A DNA stretch of 56,727 bases from an uncultured Candidatus Saccharibacteria bacterium. Its GTDB lineage: Bacteria > Patescibacteriota > Minisyncoccia > Minisyncoccales > CAZKCU01. Of the stretch, positions 54,239 through 56,727 are shown piece after piece. The stretch lies in contig CAZKCU010000003.1 of NCBI GenBank assembly GCA_964551595.1, forward strand, positions 16,030 to 72,756, written 5' to 3'. A model generated the notes under the pieces. The model had not been told where the DNA came from. It did no database searches and saw only the letters and a program-made list of their open reading frames with translations. A program made the position numbers and the translations under genes. Position 1 is the first letter of the stretch, and every line of letters begins with the position of its first letter.

Positions 54239-54622
54239 TTATTTATTTTTTGCTTTGTATTTTGCAACTAGAAAACCAATCTGTTGCCCGACGGCTAACG
54301 ATAATAAGAGTATGGTAATTTTTTTATTGCTCCCAATAATGCCCTCGATTATATAAGAAATTATGGCAAAAATTAATAAAAAAATAAAAAGGGCGTTTCT
54401 TTTTTGTCTATTGGCAAATTTATCGCCAATATATTGTCCAATGTTCAATACAAAGAAAAACATACTAATATTTTTTTCTTTTCCAGTGATACTTTCAAGT
54501 ATATAAAAAAATATAGTAAAAATTAATAAAAAAATCGAAAGAAAGTTTTTTCTTGTTACAATATATATTGATTTTTGATACCACTTAGTCATATAGTTGT
54601 TTACTTTTATAATTTTATTCAA
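54239..54622 (-). CDS. Membrane protein with two internal ~49-aa repeats, start uncertain
   Basis: IFLLIFTIFFYILESITG...IGQYIG versus IFLLIFAIISYIIEGIIG...VGQQIG. Confidence 0.6.
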   Translation of the reverse strand: MNKIIKVNNYMTKWYQKSIYIVTRKNFLSIFLLIFTIFFYILESITGKEKNISMFFFVLNIGQYIGDKFANRQKRNALFIFLLIFAIISYIIEGIIGSNKKITILLLSLAVGQQIGFLVAKYKAKNK

Positions 54623-54928
54623 AAAAACCTACCTGCCTAATAAAATCAACCAGCTTTGAAATATAACCATAGGCTAATTACTATATATATCTAGCAATAA
54701 GAGGCCAAACAAAACACAAAATCGCAAGTATTCTTAAAATCCATTTTTCTGAATTTTTTGTCGCTTTTGTGCAAAATATAAAAAAACAACTCCTACAATC
54801 CAAGAACCAAAAACTGCTATAACCATAAATTAGTTCAATATTTAATCTTATGAATTTGACCTTTCTTCTCTAATCCTACCAAAAAACCGTCTAAGTAAAT
54901 AGGCGGAATTCCCGGATCCGCGGGTAAG

Positions 54929-55085
54929 ATTCTAACTAATACAAATTATGCGACATTGACTCCTCATTCATAGATTGTGAGACAAGATAAGCTTTTGACT
55001 CCTCATTGATGCGTAGTGCGACGTAAAAACCGCCTTCTTGAGAAAGCGGCTGAACTGATCTCCCCTAGCTGGACGATGTTAGAAC
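54929..55085 (+). repeat. Cluster of three 28-bp dif-like sites plus cassette trailer copy B
   Basis: Sites at 54929-54956, 54958-54985 and 54997-55024, then aaaaaccgcc hairpin and ccctagctggacgatgttagaac. Confidence 0.75.
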
Positions 55086-55101
55086 CTGTTTTTAAAAGAT
55101 G

Positions 55102-55128
55102 AGAGAGCGTTCGTTAGGAACGCTCTCT
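55102..55128. terminator. Hairpin terminator
   Basis: agagagcgttc-gttag-gaacgctctct. Confidence 0.7.
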
Positions 55129-55149
55129 TGAGAAAATCCTCTTGGCTGA

Positions 55150-56055
55150 TTAATGTTCGAATATCCTTATACTAAGCTTTCCTCCGTGCTCTGTCGCTTC
55201 TTTTATTGAGTGCAACCAAAATACTTCCTGAAACGATTTAGATTCTTTTTCGGCTTCCCGCATATAATCTACTATTTGCTTTGTGTATTCTCGTAGACTG
55301 ATGGCGAAAATTCTGGATAGTTCATCGTTAACAAATCCTTCCAAAAATGAGTCTGTTCCTCTCAGAAATCTTTTCCTAGATTGTCTTTGGCGAGTTAGAA
55401 CTTCTGCCATATCTCTAAGTATACAAAGTATATCGCTAACCATTCCAGTTAAGACTTTTGATACCTCATGAGCTTTTTCGAGGTTTTGGTTGACCTTTTT
55501 CCACTTAATACTTGAAATCGAATCATATTGGGGAATTAAATCAATTCTTACGGCTTCCTCGCCGTTATACATATAATTCTGCAACTTACTATCTCCAGGA
55601 ATAACTCCCTTTAAGCAAAAGAGGTAAACTGTCTTGCCCAGGGCTTTCAATTCTTTATGCGGTATTACTACCCGGAAAAAGGAAATCCCTTCATCAGCTA
55701 AGATAATTTCTTTATAATCTCTCCCGTTTATTCTATCGATTATTACTATGTCTCCTACGTTGTCATTGTTCACGCCCATTGCTACAGGGTTCTCTACGGG
55801 TAATCCTAGGCTCTGGCAGTACTTTAAGAATCCAAAAGATTCGGGAGGGTAAAATTTAAGCAAATATCTTCCGAATCTATATGTGTGTTCTGTTAGTATT
55901 TCGGGCTCAAGGCTCGAAAGATAACCTAAAATTACCGCCAAATCTATACCTTTAGGTGAATAAAAGTCTTTTATTCCTATCTTTTTCAAATCCCCCTTAG
56001 CCTTCATTCTGTGATACTGACCTACGAATTCTGTGCCTATTATTTTATTTTTCAA
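55150..56055 (-). CDS. Hypothetical protein, probable atypical kinase fold (Kdo/WaaP/RIO-like)
   Basis: YLLKFY, GLPVENP, GVIPGDSKLQNYM, VRIDL; TTGACA-17-TATAAT promoter and AGGAGG RBS. Confidence 0.55.
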   Translation of the reverse strand: MKNKIIGTEFVGQYHRMKAKGDLKKIGIKDFYSPKGIDLAVILGYLSSLEPEILTEHTYRFGRYLLKFYPPESFGFLKYCQSLGLPVENPVAMGVNNDNVGDIVIIDRINGRDYKEIILADEGISFFRVVIPHKELKALGKTVYLFCLKGVIPGDSKLQNYMYNGEEAVRIDLIPQYDSISSIKWKKVNQNLEKAHEVSKVLTGMVSDILCILRDMAEVLTRQRQSRKRFLRGTDSFLEGFVNDELSRIFAISLREYTKQIVDYMREAEKESKSFQEVFWLHSIKEATEHGGKLSIRIFEH

Positions 56056-56222
56056 GGTGCCCTCCCTCCTTATTATTGACTTATGATTTATTTTTTATGA
56101 TTTATTTTTTAGTTAATTTAGAATTCTTAATTATACAATTCATATTTAATTTTGTCAATAAAAAGCGGCATAGTGGCTTAAAATATTTTGCTCCAGAGGT
56201 AAGGCTCGAACCAATAAAAATC

Positions 56223-56312
56223 TTGACTCCTCATTGATGCGTAGTGCGACGTAAAAAACCGCCCAAATAAATAGGCAGAATCTCGGCTCCCTTGGCTGGA
56301 CGATGTTAGAAC
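56223..56312 (+). repeat. Cassette trailer copy C, with a 28-bp site identical to 54997-55024
   Basis: GACTCCTCATT-GATGCG-TAGTGCGACGT, hairpin, ccttggctggacgatgttagaac. Confidence 0.8.
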
Positions 56313-56317
56313 TTTTT

Positions 56318-56674
56318 TTATTTAGATTTCATAATCTTACTAACTTTAACCAATATAGCGCCTTTGGCGGGCAGTCCTCTATTTTCTTTTAATTTCTTTA
56401 CATATTGAATCCATTTCCCTTTTTTAAAATATTTACACCTACCAAGAAATTGGTATCCTTCCCACTTCTTATCCCAAACTATTAATGCAACATTATTGTT
56501 TTTAAGAATGTTTTCTACTGTAATCTTCATAAAACTATCGGTTACCAATATCTCATCGTTGCCCATAACCTTACAACAAGCGACAGCGATAGCATAAGGT
56601 TTACCATCTCTAACAGTGGCGAGGGTCATAGGGTTTTCTTCAACTATCTTTTTAATCTTTGGGGTAATTTTCAT
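56318..56674 (-). CDS. Pyridoxamine 5'-phosphate oxidase-like FMN-binding protein
   Basis: LATV..GKPY, D.FM..T.ENILKNNNVALIVW, GYQFLG. Confidence 0.85.
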   Translation of the reverse strand: MKITPKIKKIVEENPMTLATVRDGKPYAIAVACCKVMGNDEILVTDSFMKITVENILKNNNVALIVWDKKWEGYQFLGRCKYFKKGKWIQYVKKLKENRGLPAKGAILVKVSKIMKSK

Positions 56675-56680
56675 ATTTCC

Positions 56681-56714
56681 ATTCTACCAAAAAATCGCCT
56701 TCTTGGCGATTTTC
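56681..56714 (-). promoter_or_regulatory. Portable hairpin-promoter, leaderless
   Basis: aaaa-tcgcca-agaaggcgattttttgg-tagaat-ggaaat-ATG. Confidence 0.72.
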
Positions 56715-56727
56715 TGAAGCTAACTCC

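Noticed and set aside
54905-54923. Vector polylinker (EcoRI, BamHI and SacII sites in tandem)
   Set aside because: Under 20 bp, with no flanking vector sequence, and embedded between native repeat elements; more likely a GC-rich hairpin.
1816-55471. Numerous antisense or overlapping ORFs in the track (e.g. 1816, 7392, 9955, 12300, 14461, 18779, 27609, 34219, 45985, 50789, 53029, 55283)
   Set aside because: They lie within confidently identified genes, mostly on the opposite strand, and show no family motifs or start signals.
45695-56727. Classical integron (intI plus attC array)
   Set aside because: The recombinase lacks the IntI-specific insertion, the array lies at its 3' end in convergent orientation, and the repeats do not form paired R/L attC hairpins ending in GTTRRRY.

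Overview
AT-rich bacterial chromosomal segment, genetic code 11. Gene content and protein style suggest a Patescibacteria/CPR genome, Parcubacteria-like (inference). Positions 1-46.6 kb are mostly housekeeping: a split dcw/peptidoglycan set (mraZ, rsmH, ftsL-like, ftsI, truncated Mur ligase, murC, mraY, murL, murD, ftsW, murG), dnaB, recR, dnaX, rplU, efp, fmt, cysS, aspS, gltX, two tRNAs, a P-type ATPase/permease/CaCA operon and an AmmeMemoRadiSam cluster. Solitary hypothetical genes with their own promoters are interspersed. Two features stand out. (1) A Xer-family tyrosine recombinase (45695-46651) has a 28-bp 11-6-11 site in its own promoter leader, and related sites recur at least seven more times through the downstream 10-kb array of single minus-strand accessory genes. 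Two of these sites are identical direct repeats around one gene. The array genes also share a portable terminator/leaderless-promoter unit, a common post-stop junction motif and gene stubs, which together suggest a chromosomal dif-module-like cassette array. (2) An unannotated CCDCC leader peptide with mutually exclusive 1:2, 2:3 and 3:4 hairpins lies upstream of cysK-cysS, the layout of a classical cysteine attenuator. Also present are dispersed hairpin repeats next to start codons, in-frame palindromic and heptamer insertions in core genes, an Hpy99I-like restriction-modification pair and several decayed genes. All family assignments come from motif recognition; no database searches were run.
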